Shown: positions 20,864-34,619, counted from the stretch's first letter. The stretch is 51,922 bases of DNA from Candidatus Rokuibacteriota bacterium (GCA_040902295.1 JBBDXO010000283.1:1-51922), one strand, 5' to 3'. The notes: a model not told the origin generated them from the sequence alone. Translations and numbers: made by a program.

Positions 20864-21257
20864 AGAGGTCGCGCTCCAGTTCCTGTATCAGCTCGACGTG
20901 AACGGGGCGAGCGATCCCGCCGCCTTCGAAGGCGAGTTCTGGTCGCGCCATCCGGTGGACGCCGAGGCGCGCGCCTTCGCGGACACGCTCGTGCGCGGCA
21001 GCAAGGAGCACCAGGGCCGCATCGACGAGCTCATCGCGCGCTATGCCGAGCACTGGGACCTGGACCGCATGGCCGTGGTCGACCGCAACATCCTGCGCCT
21101 GGCCGTGTACGAGCTGATGCTCGACGCCGAGGTGCCGCCCAAGGTCGCCATCAACGAGGCCATCGAGATCGCCAAGAAGTTCGGCACCGCGGAGTCGGGA
21201 CGCTTCATCAACGGCGTCCTCGACCGCATCCACCGAGAGCTGCGCCCGGCGTCCTGA
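20841..21257 (+). CDS. nusB: Transcription antitermination factor NusB.
   Basis: Motifs AREVALQFLYQ and INEAIEIAKKFG. It overlaps the ribH 3' end by 23 nt. The conserved ribH-nusB order supports the call. Confidence 0.88.
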   Translation: MGKRRKAREVALQFLYQLDVNGASDPAAFEGEFWSRHPVDAEARAFADTLVRGSKEHQGRIDELIARYAEHWDLDRMAVVDRNILRLAVYELMLDAEVPPKVAINEAIEIAKKFGTAESGRFINGVLDRIHRELRPAS

Positions 21258-21274
21258 GCGACACGCAGCGCCCC

Positions 21275-22000
21275 GTGCGGTACGCCATCCTCTCCGACAT
21301 CCACGGCAACCTGCCCGCGCTGCGGGCCGTCCTCGCCGACGCCGAGGGCCGCGCCGACGGCGTGCTCTGCCTCGGTGACACCGTCGGCTATGGCGCCGAG
21401 CCCCGCGCCTGCGTGGACCTCATCGCCGAGCGGGCGGCGTCGGTGGTGGGCGGCAACCACGAGCATGCGGTGGCCGGCCTCCTCGACCTCGGCTGGTTCA
21501 ACCGGCCCGCGCGCGCGGCGGCCGAATGGACGCAGGAGCAGCTCGACGACGACCACCGCGCCTATCTCGGACGGCTCCCGCTCACGGCCGAGGTGGGCGA
21601 CGCCACGCTCGTGCACGCCTCCCCGCGCCATCCGGAGGAGTGGGACTACCTCGTCACCGCCGAGGACGGCTTCGATGCCTTCGGCGCCTTCGCCACCCGC
21701 TACTGCTTCGTCGGACACTCGCACGTGCCCGGCGTGTGGTCGCTGGGCTCCTCGGGCCCCGAGCACGATCGGCGGGCCGTCGAGGTGGTGGCGGCGGCGG
21801 GCCGGCGCTACATCGTCAACGTGGGCAGCGTCGGCCAGCCGCGCGACCGGGACACGCGCGCCGCCTATGCGCTGTGGGACGCCGACGCGGGCCGCATCGC
21901 CATCCGCCGCGTGCCGTACGACGTCACGGCCGCGCGCGCCCGCATCGAGGCGGCCGGCCTGCCGCGCTTCCTCGCCGACCGCCTCGCGAGCGGCTCGTGA
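21275..22000 (+). CDS. Metallophosphoesterase family protein (calcineurin-like phosphoesterase).
   Basis: Motifs LSDIHGN, LGDTVGYG and GGNHEH. Confidence 0.75.
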   Translation: MRYAILSDIHGNLPALRAVLADAEGRADGVLCLGDTVGYGAEPRACVDLIAERAASVVGGNHEHAVAGLLDLGWFNRPARAAAEWTQEQLDDDHRAYLGRLPLTAEVGDATLVHASPRHPEEWDYLVTAEDGFDAFGAFATRYCFVGHSHVPGVWSLGSSGPEHDRRAVEVVAAAGRRYIVNVGSVGQPRDRDTRAAYALWDADAGRIAIRRVPYDVTAARARIEAAGLPRFLADRLASGS

Positions 22001-23535
22001 TTCCCGGCGCGCTGCAATGGGAACGGGTGCAGCAGTGGGCGCCGCAGGCGGCGGTGCTGGTGGTGTGCGCCTTCGCGCTGGCGCTCGCGTTCCCGCGTAC
22101 CGACTGGGACGGCGCCGCGTGGGCCGCCCTCGCCCCCCTCTTCGTGATGGCGCTCGCGCGCGCTCCCCGCGCCGCCCTCGGCTGGGGCTGGCTCTTCGGC
22201 TTCGTGTACTTCCTCGTGCTGCTGCGCTGGCTCAACTTCACGTTCGCGACGTACAGCGCCATCCCGTGGCCGCTCACCCTGCTGCCCACCGCCCTCCTTG
22301 CCGCCTACTGCGGTCTCTACACGGGCCTGGTGGCGTGCGCGGTGGCGTGGACGGCGCGGCGGCGGTCGCCCGCGGGGGCGCTGGTGCTCGTCCCCTTCTT
22401 CTGGGTGGCGGGCGAATGGGTGCGCGGCCACCTCATGGGCGGCTTTCCGTGGGGAACCCTCGGCTACACGCAGTACACGATGCTGCCTGTGATCCAGATC
22501 GCCGAGCTGGGCGGCGTGCACGCCGTGACCTTCGTGGTGGTGGGGGTGAACGCCGCGCTGGCCGGCAGCGTGCTCATGACGTGGCGGCGCGCGCTGACCG
22601 CGGTCGCCCTCGGCGGCGTCCTCCTGGGCGGCACGCTGCTCTTCGGCGTGTGGCGGCTCGCGGAGCCGCCGCCCACGGACGAGGTGGCGATTGCCGTCGT
22701 GCAGCCGAGTATCGAGCAGCCGCTCAAGTGGGACCCCCGGCACACGAGGGCGACGAAGGAGATCTTGCTGGAGCTCACACGCCGCGCCGCCGCGGACGCG
22801 CCGCAGCTCATCGTATGGCCGGAAACCTCCGCGCCCACCGCCCTGCGCCGCGACCCCGAGCTGCTCGCCGAGCTCACCGCGCTCTCCGCCTCCCGCGACA
22901 TCCCGCTCCTGGTGGGCAGCATCGACGTGGACGAGGGCACGCCGCCCCGCTTCTGGAACACGGCGTTCCTCGTCACCGACCGGGGCATCGCGGGACGCTA
23001 TGATAAAATCCATCTCGTTCCATTCGGCGAGTACGTGCCGCTGTCGGGAGTCATCGGATTTGTCAGGGGCTGGGCCGAGTTCATCGCCGATCTGGAGCCC
23101 GGCACCCAGCCCGTCGTATTTCCGGGTCCGCCAGCCCCGTTCGGCGTCGTGATCTGTTACGAGGGTATTTTCCCCGATCTCGTCCGGAGCTTCGTGAAGG
23201 GCGGCGCGCGCCTGATGGTGAACATGACGAACGACGGTTGGTTCGGCCTGACCAGCGGCCCCGAGCAGCACCTCACGATGTACCCCTTCCGGGCCGTCGA
23301 GCACCGGATCTCCATCGTGCGCGCCGCCAACACGGGCATCTCCGCCTTCATCCTGCCCTCCGGCAAGATCGTGCGGCGCATGCGGCTCTTCGATCGCGAC
23401 ACGATGACCGAGCGCGTGCCCCTGCGCGTGGGGCAGACCCTGTTCACGCGGCTGGGCGACTGGGTGGGCCTGCTCTCGCTGGCCGTCACGGCGGCCGTGC
23501 TGGGCGCGGGCGTGCTCGCGCGGAGGAAGGCCTGA
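21997..23535 (+). CDS. lnt: Apolipoprotein N-acyltransferase.
   Basis: Multi-TM N-terminal half and a CN-hydrolase C-terminal half with VWPETS, YDKIHLVPFGEYVP and VICYEGIFP. GTGA overlap with the upstream gene. Confidence 0.88.
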   Translation: MIPGALQWERVQQWAPQAAVLVVCAFALALAFPRTDWDGAAWAALAPLFVMALARAPRAALGWGWLFGFVYFLVLLRWLNFTFATYSAIPWPLTLLPTALLAAYCGLYTGLVACAVAWTARRRSPAGALVLVPFFWVAGEWVRGHLMGGFPWGTLGYTQYTMLPVIQIAELGGVHAVTFVVVGVNAALAGSVLMTWRRALTAVALGGVLLGGTLLFGVWRLAEPPPTDEVAIAVVQPSIEQPLKWDPRHTRATKEILLELTRRAAADAPQLIVWPETSAPTALRRDPELLAELTALSASRDIPLLVGSIDVDEGTPPRFWNTAFLVTDRGIAGRYDKIHLVPFGEYVPLSGVIGFVRGWAEFIADLEPGTQPVVFPGPPAPFGVVICYEGIFPDLVRSFVKGGARLMVNMTNDGWFGLTSGPEQHLTMYPFRAVEHRISIVRAANTGISAFILPSGKIVRRMRLFDRDTMTERVPLRVGQTLFTRLGDWVGLLSLAVTAAVLGAGVLARRKA

Positions 23536-24635
23536 TGCTGGCGGATCTCAAGCGGGACGTGGTCGAGCTGGCGCGGCGCGTGGACGAGCTTCGGGGGCAT
23601 CTTTGACATCCCCGGCAAGGACAAGCGGCTGGCGGCGCTCGAGGCCGAGATGGCGTCGCCCGCCTTCTGGGACGACAACCGCCGCGCCCAGGAGCTGATC
23701 CGCGAGCGCTCGGACCTCTCCCGGTACATCACCAGCGTGAGTGCCCTCACGCAGCAGGCCTCCGACCTCACCGTGCTCGTCGAGCTCGGCGAGGAGGCCG
23801 ACGACGGCAGCCTCGACGCCGAGATCGCCGAGGGCGTGCGCACGCTCGCACGCAACCTCGACGACTACGAGTTCAAGGTCATGCTCTCCGGCCCCCACGA
23901 CACCAAGGCGTGCGTGGTGTCCATCCATCCCGGCGCCGGCGGCACGGAGTCGCAGGACTGGGCCCAGATGCTCATGCGGATGTACCTGCGATGGTGCGAG
24001 CGCACGGGGCTCAAGGCGGAAGTGGTGGACCTGCTGCCGGGCGAGGAAGCGGGGATCAAGTCCGCCACCATCGAGGTGACCGGCGAATACGCCTATGGCT
24101 TCCTGCGCGGGGAGGCGGGCGTGCACCGTCTCGTGCGCATCTCGCCCTTCGATTCCTCCAGCCGGCGCCAGACGAGCTTCGCCTCGGTGGCGGTGGTGCC
24201 CGAGGTCGACGACGTCGAGATCAGCGTGCGCGAGGACGAGCTGCGCGTGGATGTCTTCCGCGCCTCGGGCCCCGGCGGGCAGGGGGTCAATACCGCGGAC
24301 TCCGCCGTGCGCATCACGCACCTGCCCACGAACATCGTGGTGACGTGCCAGAACGAGCGCTCGCAGCTGCGCAACCGTGACACCGCCATGCGGATTCTCA
24401 AGGCGCGGCTGTACGAGCTGGCGGAGAAGAAGCAGCGCGAGGAGCTCTCCGAGCTGACCGGCCACAAGCGGGAGATCGCCTTCGGCAGCCAGATCCGCTC
24501 CTACACCTTCCACCCGTATCAGCTCATCAAGGACCATCGCAGCGGCCTCGAGATCGGCAACGTGCAGGGCGTCATGGAGGGCGACCTCGATCCCCTCATC
24601 AAGGCGTATCTGCTGTGGGCGCGGGGGGCGCGCGC

Positions 24636-24639
<4 letters not shown>
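23535..24639 (+). CDS. prfB: Peptide chain release factor 2, expressed through a programmed +1 frameshift at 23601-23607.
   Basis: ORF0 is MLADLKRDVVELARRVDELRGHL-stop at 23535-23606. The +1 frame continues DIPGKDKRLAALEAEMASPAFWDD... and carries the SPF and GGQ motifs. Joined length is 367 aa. Confidence 0.92.
23593..23607 (+). promoter_or_regulatory. RF2 autoregulatory +1 frameshift site: an SD-like GGGGG, then CAU, then CUU UGA C.
   Basis: The sequence cGGGGGcatCTTTGAC was read directly. It is near-identical to the E. coli prfB shift site AGGGGGUAUCUUUGAC. Confidence 0.88.
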
Positions 24640-26137
<1,498 letters not shown>

Positions 26138-26141
<4 letters not shown>

Positions 26142-27373
26142 GACGCGGGCTGCCCTTCGAGCTGTTCCTCGGGCTGCGCTACCTGCGCTCGCGCGGGAAC
26201 CGCGCCAGCCTGTCGCTCTTCGTGTGGATCGGCGTGGGCGGCGTGTTTCTCGGCGTGGCGGCGCTCATCGTCGTCCTCGCCGTGATGACGGGCTTCCAGG
26301 ACGGCATCCGCGACAAGCTCATCTCCGCCAACCCGCACCTGCTCGTGTTCCAGACGGGGCGCACCGGCCTCGGCAACGCCGACGGGGTGGCGCAGCAGGT
26401 GCGGGCGGTGGCCGGCGTGCGCGCGGCCACGCCCTTCATCCTGCAGCAGGCCCTCTTCACGAGCGACGCCGGTGACGCGCACGGCGGGCTCGTGCGCGGC
26501 GTGGACCTGTCGCACGCGGCGGTGCGCGAGGACCTCCGCTCGCAGGTGCGCTCGGGCCGGCTCGACGAGACCGCCGGCGGGCAGGGCACGATCCTGCTCG
26601 GCATCGAGCTGTCGCGGCTGCTGGGCGTGGTCCCCGGCGATTCCGTCACCGTCATCTCGCCCAAGGGCGCCATCACCGCGGTGGGGATGGTGCCGAAGAT
26701 GCGCCGCTACGTGGTGGGCGGCACCGTCGAGATGGGCATGCACGAGTACGACTCCTCCATCGCGTACCTCGGGCTGCCCGCGGCGCAGGACTTCGCCGGC
26801 CTCGCGGGCGCCGTCACCGGCATCGAGGTGAAGCTCGACGACCCCTTCGACGCCAAGGCGGTGGGGCGCCGCATCGCGGACGCGCTCGGCTTTCCCTTCT
26901 GGGTGCGCGACTGGATGGACATGAACCGCAATCTCTTCGCCGCCCTGCAGCTCGAGAAGCTCGCCCTCTTCGTGATCGTGACCATCATCGTGCTGGTGGC
27001 GGCCTTCGCGATCATCGGCCATCTCGTGCTGCTGGTGGCGGAGAAGCGCAAGGAGATTGGCATCTTGAAGTCCATCGGCGCCACCGGCCGCAGCATCACC
27101 GCCGTCTTCTTCGCGGTGGGGATGACGATCGGCGCGGTGGGCACGCTGGCGGGCAGTGCGGTGGGGCTGACCATCATCTGGGTGCAGAACACCTACAAGG
27201 TGATTCGCCTCGCGGGCGACGTCTACCAGATCGATCACCTGCCGATGAAGCTCACGCCCTCGGATTTCCTGCTCATCGTGAGCGCCACGCTCCTGCTGTC
27301 GTTTCTCGCCACGATCATCCCCGCGCGCCGGGCAGGCGCCCTCCAGCCCGTCGACGTCCTGCGCTATGAGTGA
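26138..27373 (+). CDS. lolC: Lipoprotein-releasing system transmembrane protein (LolC/LolE family).
   Basis: N-terminus PFELFLGLRYLRSR, a periplasmic domain and a C-terminal FtsX-like 3-TM region. It is followed by lolD. Confidence 0.85.
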
Positions 27374-28076
27374 CCCGTCATCGCCGGCCGCGCTGCTGGT
27401 CGGCGAGGATCTGGAGAAGGAGTACCGCTCCGGGCCCGAGCTGATCCGGCCCTTGCGCGGGGCCTCCATCCTGGTGGGCCCTGGTGAAGTGGTGGCGCTC
27501 GTGGGCGCCTCCGGCGTGGGCAAGTCCACGCTGCTCCATCTCGTGGGCGCGCTGGACCGGCCCGCCGCCGGCCGGGTCCTCTTCGAGGGCGAAGACCTTT
27601 TCACCCGCAGCGAAGCGGGGCTGGCGCGCTACCGCCGGCAGGAGGTGGGCTTCGTCTTTCAGTTCTACAACCTGCTCGGCGAGATGACCGCGCTCGAGAA
27701 CGCCATGCTGCCCGCGCTCCTGATGCGGAGGCCCTCGGGCGAGGCGCGGGAGCGCGCGGCGGCCGCGCTCGGGGTGGTGGGGCTGTCGGATCGCCTGCGG
27801 CACCGGCCGGGCGAGCTGTCGGGGGGCGAGCAGCAGCGGGTGGCCATCGCCCGCGCGCTCATGAACGGGCCCAAGCTCATCCTCGCCGACGAGCCGACGG
27901 GCAACCTCGACCCCAAAACGAGTGACGTCATCTACGATCTGTTCCTTCAGTTGCAGGCCGAGCGCGGCATTGCGTTTCTCATCGCCACGCACAACCCCGA
28001 CCTTGCGCGGCGGGCCGACCGTACCTATCGTCTGGTCGAGGGGCGCGCGCGGGAGATCGAGCCGGACGTGGGGTGA
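27366..28076 (+). CDS. lolD: Lipoprotein-releasing system ATP-binding protein LolD.
   Basis: Walker [12 protein letters not shown], signature [15 protein letters not shown] and Walker [12 protein letters not shown]. Confidence 0.85.
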   Translation: MSDPSSPAALLVGEDLEKEYRSGPELIRPLRGASILVGPGEVVALVGASGVGKSTLLHLVGALDRPAAGRVLFEGEDLFTRSEAGLARYRRQEVGFVFQFYNLLGEMTALENAMLPALLMRRPSGEARERAAAALGVVGLSDRLRHRPGELSGGEQQRVAIARALMNGPKLILADEPTGNLDPKTSDVIYDLFLQLQAERGIAFLIATHNPDLARRADRTYRLVEGRAREIEPDVG

Positions 28077-28238
28077 GGCACCCGTTGGCCGCAGATTCGC
28101 ATCCCAAGAGACAGCAAGCACAAAAAGTCTAGCGGGCCACGCGAACCAAGGGCTATACTGAGCCCACGTTGTATTTAACTAGGCGTCGTCCAAAGCGAAA
28201 ACGGCGTAAGACGGTCACGGAAGGGGTGGGGAAACCAA

Positions 28239-30686
28239 GTGTTTGAACGGTTTACCGAACGGGCGCGGCGGGTGATCATTCTGGCTCGCGAGGAAGCCGG
28301 ACGTTTTCGGCACGACTTCGTCGGCACCGAGCACGTCCTCCTCGGCCTCATCCGCGACGGCGAGGGGATCGCCACCGCGGTGCTCCAGCGCCTCGGCCTT
28401 CGCCTGGAAACGGTGAAGGCGGAAGTGGAGCGGGCGCTCGCCGGGTTCCCCAAGACGCTGACGTTCGGCGAAGTGCCGTTCACGCCCCAGGCCAAGCGCG
28501 TCCTCGAGCTGTCGATCGAGGAAGCGCGCCAGCTCGGTCACAACTACATCGGCACCGAGCATCTGCTGCTGGGCCTGATGAAGGAAGGGCAGTCGATCGC
28601 CGCCAAGATCCTCGAATCCCTCGGCGCCCGGCTCGACGAAGTGCGGCAGGAGACGCTCGCCCTGCTCGGTGACCAGTACTACCCCCGGCCCAAGAAGCGC
28701 TCGCAGACGCCCGTCCTCGACGAGTTCGCGCGCGATCTCACGCAGCTGGCGCGGGAGAGCAAGCTCGACCCCGTCATCGGCCGCGAGTCCGAGATCGAGC
28801 GCGTGATCCAGATCCTCGCCCGGCGCACCAAGAACAACCCGGTGCTGATCGGCGAGCCCGGGGTGGGCAAGACGGCCATCGTCGAAGGCCTCGCCCAGAA
28901 GATCATCACCCACGACGTGCCCGACGTGCTCGCGAACAAGCGGCTGCTGCAGCTCGACCTCGGCGCGCTGGTGGCGGGCACGAAGTACCGCGGACAGTTC
29001 GAGGAGCGGCTGAAGGCCGTCATGAAGGAGATCCGCCAGTCGGAGAACGTCGTCCTCTTCCTCGACGAGCTGCACACGCTCATCGGGGCGGGCGCCGCCG
29101 AAGGCGCGATCGACGCCTCCAACATGCTGAAGCCGGCCCTGTCACGCGGGGAGATCCAGACCATCGGCGCCACCACGCTGGACGAGTACCGCAAGTACAT
29201 CGAAAAGGACGGCGCCCTCGAGCGCCGCTTCCAGCCCGTGATCGTCAAGGCGCCCTCGGTGCCGGAGGCGATCGAGATCATCCGCGGCCTGCGCCACAAG
29301 TACGAGGCGCATCATCGGGTGAAGATCACGGAGCAGGCCATCAACGCCGCCGTGACGCTGGCGGACCGCTACATCACCGATCGCCAGCTGCCGGACAAGG
29401 CGATCGACGTCATCGACGAAGCGTCGTCACGGACGCGCCTGATGGCGCTCACGCCGCCGCCCGAGCTCAAGGAGATCGAGCGCGAGCTCGAGCGGGTCAT
29501 CCGTGAGAAGGACCTGCACCTGGAGGCCCAGGAGTTCGAGAAGGCCGCCTCGCTTCGCGAGAAGGAGAAGGTTCTCCGGGGGCGCGACGAGGAGCTCAAG
29601 CGCGACTGGGACAAGAACAAGGGCAAGGGCACGCAGTCCGTGGGCGAGGAGGACATCGAGTTCATCGTCTCCCGCTGGACGGGCATCCCGCTCTCCAAGC
29701 TCGAAGAGAAGGAATCGGCCAAGCTCGCGCGCATGGAAGATGCCATGCACGGCCGCATCATCGGCCAGGACGACGCCGTGAAGGCGGTGTCGCGCGCGAT
29801 CCGCCGCTCCCGGGCCGGCCTCAAGGACGCCAAGCGCCCCGTGGGCTCGTTCATCTTCCTCGGCCCCACCGGCGTGGGCAAGACCGAGCTCGCGCGCGCT
29901 CTCGCCGAGTACCTCTTCGGCGACGAGAACGCCCTCATCCGCGTGGACATGTCGGAGTACATGGAGAAGTTCTCCGTGTCGCGGCTGCTCGGCGCCCCTC
30001 CCGGCTACGTCGGCTATGAAGAGGGCGGCTTCCTCACGGAGAAGGTGCGCCGCCGGCCGTATTCGGTGGTGCTCTTCGACGAGATCGAGAAAGCGCATCC
30101 GGACGTCTTCAACATGCTGCTGCAGGTGCTCGATGACGGACGCCTGACGGACTCGCTGGGGCACGTGGTCGACTTCAAGAACACGATCCTCATCATGACG
30201 TCGAACCTCGGCACCAGCCTCATCGGCAAGCGCATCACGCCCGGCTTCATGCAGGAGGGCGACGACGCGACCTACGAGAAGATGAAGGACCGGGTGATGG
30301 AGGAGCTCAAGCGCGGTTTCCGGCCCGAGTTCATCAACCGGATCGACGACATCATCGTGTTCCACTCGCTGACGCTGGGCCACATCCAGCAGATCATCCG
30401 CATGATGATCGGCCGCATCAACAAGCAGCTCACCGACAAGGGCATCGAGCTCGTGCTCACGCCGGCGGCGGAGGCCGCGCTGGTGGAGAAGGGGTTCGAC
30501 CCCACCTACGGCGCGCGGCAGCTGCGGCGCACGATCCAGAAGCACGTGGAGGACCCCCTCGCGGAGGCCATCGTCCGTGGTCAGGTGCCGGAGTCGGCGC
30601 GGATCGAGGTCGACGTGGAGGGCGTGAACTTCGTCTTCCGCGAGGCGCAGGCCGCGCACGCTCCTCTCGAGCTTGCTGGGCGCTGA
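28239..30686 (+). CDS. clpC: ATP-dependent Clp protease ATP-binding subunit ClpC (class I Hsp100).
   Basis: Double Clp_N repeat (FTERARRV..., [10 protein letters not shown]...), Walker A1 [15 protein letters not shown], a UVR-like segment [16 protein letters not shown] and Walker A2 [15 protein letters not shown]. Confidence 0.9.
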   Translation: MFERFTERARRVIILAREEAGRFRHDFVGTEHVLLGLIRDGEGIATAVLQRLGLRLETVKAEVERALAGFPKTLTFGEVPFTPQAKRVLELSIEEARQLGHNYIGTEHLLLGLMKEGQSIAAKILESLGARLDEVRQETLALLGDQYYPRPKKRSQTPVLDEFARDLTQLARESKLDPVIGRESEIERVIQILARRTKNNPVLIGEPGVGKTAIVEGLAQKIITHDVPDVLANKRLLQLDLGALVAGTKYRGQFEERLKAVMKEIRQSENVVLFLDELHTLIGAGAAEGAIDASNMLKPALSRGEIQTIGATTLDEYRKYIEKDGALERRFQPVIVKAPSVPEAIEIIRGLRHKYEAHHRVKITEQAINAAVTLADRYITDRQLPDKAIDVIDEASSRTRLMALTPPPELKEIERELERVIREKDLHLEAQEFEKAASLREKEKVLRGRDEELKRDWDKNKGKGTQSVGEEDIEFIVSRWTGIPLSKLEEKESAKLARMEDAMHGRIIGQDDAVKAVSRAIRRSRAGLKDAKRPVGSFIFLGPTGVGKTELARALAEYLFGDENALIRVDMSEYMEKFSVSRLLGAPPGYVGYEEGGFLTEKVRRRPYSVVLFDEIEKAHPDVFNMLLQVLDDGRLTDSLGHVVDFKNTILIMTSNLGTSLIGKRITPGFMQEGDDATYEKMKDRVMEELKRGFRPEFINRIDDIIVFHSLTLGHIQQIIRMMIGRINKQLTDKGIELVLTPAAEAALVEKGFDPTYGARQLRRTIQKHVEDPLAEAIVRGQVPESARIEVDVEGVNFVFREAQAAHAPLELAGR

Positions 30687-30715
30687 TTCACCGTTCGCCC
30701 TCGCCTGACGGCCCG

Positions 30716-32968
30716 GTGACGACACTGGTGCGCGTGCGCCTGGCCCTCGTCATGGCGGCCGTCACGCTGTTTTCGCTCGTGCTCGCCGCCGCCGCCCAAC
30801 CCCAGCCGACGATCGTGGTCAAGGAGCTGGTCGTGGAAGGCAACCGCCGCGTGCAGGAGGCGGTCATCCTGGGCCGCATCAAGACGGCGCCGGGGGTCCC
30901 CTTCAACGCCTCCCAGGTGTCCGAAGACGTCCGCTCCGTGTTCGCCCTCGGCTTCTTCGATGACGTGCAGCTGAGGGTGGACGATTTCGAGGGCGGGGTG
31001 AAGGTCACCTTCACCGTCTCCGAGCGGCCCTTCGTGCGTGACATCGAGTTCACGGGGCACAAGGAGCTCAGCACCACCGAGCTGCAGGACAAGATCGACC
31101 TCAAGCTCGGCAGCGTGTACAACCCCGTCGACGTCCAGCGCGCGCGCGAGAGGATGAAGGAAGCCTACGAGGAGAGCGGATACTTCGAGGTGCAGATCAC
31201 GCCCGAGGTGGAGACATTCAGCGACGGCGACGTCAAGGTCGTCTTCAACATCAACGAGGGCCGCCGCATCACCATCGACGCCATCGTCATCCGCGGCAAC
31301 GCGGGGCTCACGGAGCGCCAGATCAAGGGCGCGATGGGCACGAAGGAGCGGCAGTACTACATCCTGCGCGGGACCGTGCAGCGCCAGCGCCTCGAGGAGG
31401 ACATCGAGCGCATCCTCGCCCTCTACAACGATCACGGGTACATCCAGGCGCGGGTGGACTCGCACGACATCGCGGTCGACCGCGACCGGGCGCGCGTGAC
31501 GGTCACCATCGACGTCGTGGAGGGCCCGCAGTACCGCGTGGGTGAGATCAAGGTGACCGGCGTGACGCTGGTGCCGGAGAGCGAGGTGCGCCGGCAGCTC
31601 AAGTTCAAGAGCGGCGACGTCTTCTCGCGCACCGCGCTGCGTGAGAGCACCCGGCAGATCGCCGACCTGTACTCCACCATCGGCCGCGCCTCCGCCGACA
31701 TCGTGCCGCGCACGGAGCTGGCCCCGGGCCATCACGTCACCGTCGCCCTCGGGGTCACGGAAGGCCCCGAAGTCTACGTCGAGCGCATCAACATCGCGGG
31801 GAACGTGCGGAGCGAGGACAAGATCCTGCGCCGCGAGATCCCCATGGTGGAGGGCGACCTCTTCACCTCCCAGAAGCTGCGGCGCGCCCAGCAGCGCCTG
31901 ACGAACCTGGGATATTTCGAGGCCGTGAACGTCACCACCCAGCCCGGGACGGACCTCACCCGCATCATCGTGAACGTCGACGTCACCGAGCGCCCCACCG
32001 GCCTCTTCAGCATCGGGGGCGGCTACTCGTCGGTCGACTCCTTCGTGGGCACCATCGACCTGCGGCAGAACAACTTCCTCGGCCGCGGGTGGCAGGCCGC
32101 CCTCGCCATCCGCGCGGGCGGCGTCAGCCAGCAGGGCATCCTCTCCTTCACGGAGCCGTGGCTCTTCGACCGCCCGCTGTCGGCCGGCGTCGACCTCTTC
32201 AGCACGTCCCGGCAGTTCACCGAGTACGACTTCACCACGCTGGGCGGCGCGCTGCGGCTGAGCCATCCCTTCGCGGAGTACTGGCGCTGGCATCTCAGCT
32301 ACCGGCTCACACACGATGAGATCGACGACGTCGCCTTCGACCTGTCCCCCGCCTTCCGGGACGAGATCGGCACGCGGATCACGTCGCTCGTGTCCGCCGC
32401 CGTCACGCGTGACAGCCGCGACAACCTCACGGCGCCCACGTCGGGCGGCCAGACCTCGCTCGTGGTGGACGTGGCGGGCTTCGGCGGCGACACGCGCTTC
32501 GTGAAGGCGGTGGGGTTCACGACGTACTTCAAACCCATCTGGCTCGGCCATATCCTGTCCGGCCGTCTCGAAGCGGGGCACGGGTTCGGGTGGGGCGGGG
32601 AAGAGCTGCCGATCTTCGAACGCTTCTACATGGGCGGTCCGAACTCCTTCCGCGGCGTGAAGAGCCGCAGGATCTCCCCCGTCGACGAGAACGGCACGCG
32701 GATCGGCGGCACGTCGGAGGTGCTCGGCAACGTCGAGTACATCGTCCCGCTGCCGTTCAATCTGCGCCTCGCGGGCTTCGTCGACATCGGCAATGTCTAC
32801 GGCTTCGGCACGAAGTTCGATCCCACCGATCTGCGAGAGGCCGCGGGCGGCGGCGTGCGGTGGATCTCGCCCTTCGGGCCCATCCGGGTCGACTACGGGA
32901 TCAACCTGGATCGCCGTCAGGGTGAGGATTTCGGAGCGCTCCATTTTTCGATGGGTTCTCCATTTTGA
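30716..32968 (+). CDS. bamA: Outer membrane protein assembly factor BamA.
   Basis: Signal peptide, five POTRA-like repeats ([54 protein letters not shown]) and a C-terminal barrel ending in MGSPF. Confidence 0.9.
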   Translation: MTTLVRVRLALVMAAVTLFSLVLAAAAQPQPTIVVKELVVEGNRRVQEAVILGRIKTAPGVPFNASQVSEDVRSVFALGFFDDVQLRVDDFEGGVKVTFTVSERPFVRDIEFTGHKELSTTELQDKIDLKLGSVYNPVDVQRARERMKEAYEESGYFEVQITPEVETFSDGDVKVVFNINEGRRITIDAIVIRGNAGLTERQIKGAMGTKERQYYILRGTVQRQRLEEDIERILALYNDHGYIQARVDSHDIAVDRDRARVTVTIDVVEGPQYRVGEIKVTGVTLVPESEVRRQLKFKSGDVFSRTALRESTRQIADLYSTIGRASADIVPRTELAPGHHVTVALGVTEGPEVYVERINIAGNVRSEDKILRREIPMVEGDLFTSQKLRRAQQRLTNLGYFEAVNVTTQPGTDLTRIIVNVDVTERPTGLFSIGGGYSSVDSFVGTIDLRQNNFLGRGWQAALAIRAGGVSQQGILSFTEPWLFDRPLSAGVDLFSTSRQFTEYDFTTLGGALRLSHPFAEYWRWHLSYRLTHDEIDDVAFDLSPAFRDEIGTRITSLVSAAVTRDSRDNLTAPTSGGQTSLVVDVAGFGGDTRFVKAVGFTTYFKPIWLGHILSGRLEAGHGFGWGGEELPIFERFYMGGPNSFRGVKSRRISPVDENGTRIGGTSEVLGNVEYIVPLPFNLRLAGFVDIGNVYGFGTKFDPTDLREAAGGGVRWISPFGPIRVDYGINLDRRQGEDFGALHFSMGSPF

Positions 32969-32979
32969 GGAGGGGCAGC

Positions 32980-33540
32980 ATGAGGGCAACGGTGTTCGTG
33001 GGGCTGATGATGACGGCGCTTGCGTTCGGCGGCGTCGCCTCGGCGCAGACACCGGCGGCGGTGCCGGCGGCGCAGACGAATCGGATCGCGTTCATCGACG
33101 TGCAGCGCGTGCTCGCCCGCTCGGTGGCGGGCGTGGCCGCGCGCGAGCAGCTCGAGCGGGAGAAGTCCACCATGCAGAAAGAGATGGACGGCAAGCGCCA
33201 GGAGCTGGAGAAGCTGCGGGACGAGCTGGAGAAGAAGGGCCCCCTGATGACGCCGGACGCGCGCCGCGACAAGCAGGAGACGTTCGAGCGCAAGCGGCGC
33301 GATGCCGCCCGCCTCGCCGACGACTTCCAGAAGGAGCTGGAGAAGAAGGAGCAGGGCCTCTTGCAGAAGGTGCTCCAGGACGTCTCCGGCGTCATCGAAA
33401 AGGTCGGCAAGGAGCGCGGCTACTACCTCATCGTCGAGAAGCGCGGTGCCGTGGTCCTGTACTCGGCGGCCGAGGCCGACCTCACCGACGAGGTCATCCG
33501 TGCCTACGATCGGGACGCCGGGACCAAGGGCAAGAAGTAG
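32980..33540 (+). CDS. skp: OmpH/Skp family periplasmic chaperone.
   Basis: GAGGAGG lies upstream of ATG 32980. Signal peptide [22 protein letters not shown] and a Lys/Glu-rich coiled coil. Position between bamA and lpxD supports the call. Confidence 0.8.
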   Translation: MRATVFVGLMMTALAFGGVASAQTPAAVPAAQTNRIAFIDVQRVLARSVAGVAAREQLEREKSTMQKEMDGKRQELEKLRDELEKKGPLMTPDARRDKQETFERKRRDAARLADDFQKELEKKEQGLLQKVLQDVSGVIEKVGKERGYYLIVEKRGAVVLYSAAEADLTDEVIRAYDRDAGTKGKK

Positions 33541-33545
33541 CCGCG

Positions 33546-34619
33546 ATGTCCGGGTCGGCCGGGTTCACTCTCGGCGAGCTTGCCGCCGCCCTCGAGGCCA
33601 CCCTCGAAGGCGATCCCGCCCGCGTCGTGACCGGCGTGGCGCCGCTGGCGAGCGCGGGCCCGGACGACATCTCCTTCCTGACCGATCCGCGGTACCGTGA
33701 AGCGGCGCGCGCCTCCCGCGCGGGAGCGTTCCTCGCCCCCGCGGCGCCGATGGACCTGCCCGGCCCCGCCCTGCGCTGCGCGGTGCCACAGCAGGCGCTC
33801 ATCCGGCTCCTGACCCTGTTCCATCCGGCGACGCCCGCCAAGCCCGGCATCGATCCCGCGGCGGCGGTGGCGGCCGACGCGCACGTCGACAGCAGCGCGT
33901 GCGTGGGCGCGCTGACGGTGGTGGAAGCGGGCGCCCGCATCGGTCCCGGCGTCCGCCTCTACCCGCTCGTGTACGTGGGGGCCGGAGTCGAGATCGGCGA
34001 GGGCTGCATCATCTACCCCCACGTGACGCTGCGCGACGGCGTGCGGCTGGGCCGGCGCGTCATCGTGCACCCGGGCGCCGTGCTCGGGGCGGACGGCTTC
34101 GGCTATGCCTTCCACGACGGCGCCCACCGCAAGATTCCGCAGGTGGGCGGCGTGCGCGTGGAAGACGACGTGGAGATCGGCGCCAACACGACCATCGACC
34201 GCGCCACCTTCGGGGACACCGTGGTGGGGCGCGGCACGAAGATCGACAACCTCGTGCAGCTCGGCCACAACGTGGAGGTGGGCGAGCACTGCATCATCGT
34301 CTCGCAGACCGGCGTCTCCGGCTCCTCCCGTCTCGGCCGGGGCGTGGTCCTGGCGGGGCAGGTGGGCGTGGCCGATCACCTCACCATCGGCGACGGCGCG
34401 ATGATCGGCGCCCAGTCGGGGCTCGCGGCCGACGTGGCGCCGGGCGACAAGCTCCTCGGCTCGCCCGCGCGGCCCATCCTCCAGGCCAAGCGCATCATGC
34501 TCGCCCAAGCCCGGCTGCCCGAGCTGCTCCAGCGCGTGCGCGCCCTCGAGCGGCGCCTGCAGGCGCTGGAGGGCCAGCCTCCCTCAGGGGATGCCTCGGG
34601 GGATGATGGGCGCGACTGA
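33546..34619 (+). CDS. lpxD: UDP-3-O-acylglucosamine N-acyltransferase.
   Basis: N-terminal uridine-binding domain ([19 protein letters not shown]), left-handed beta-helix hexapeptide repeats and a C-terminal helix. Confidence 0.9.
   Translation: MSGSAGFTLGELAAALEATLEGDPARVVTGVAPLASAGPDDISFLTDPRYREAARASRAGAFLAPAAPMDLPGPALRCAVPQQALIRLLTLFHPATPAKPGIDPAAAVAADAHVDSSACVGALTVVEAGARIGPGVRLYPLVYVGAGVEIGEGCIIYPHVTLRDGVRLGRRVIVHPGAVLGADGFGYAFHDGAHRKIPQVGGVRVEDDVEIGANTTIDRATFGDTVVGRGTKIDNLVQLGHNVEVGEHCIIVSQTGVSGSSRLGRGVVLAGQVGVADHLTIGDGAMIGAQSGLAADVAPGDKLLGSPARPILQAKRIMLAQARLPELLQRVRALERRLQALEGQPPSGDASGDDGRD

Noticed and set aside
28070-28084. A short hairpin GGGTG-agg-CACCC over the lolD stop codon, considered as a possible terminator.
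   Set aside because: The stem is only 5 bp and there is no T-tract. No convincing intrinsic terminators were seen anywhere in the window.
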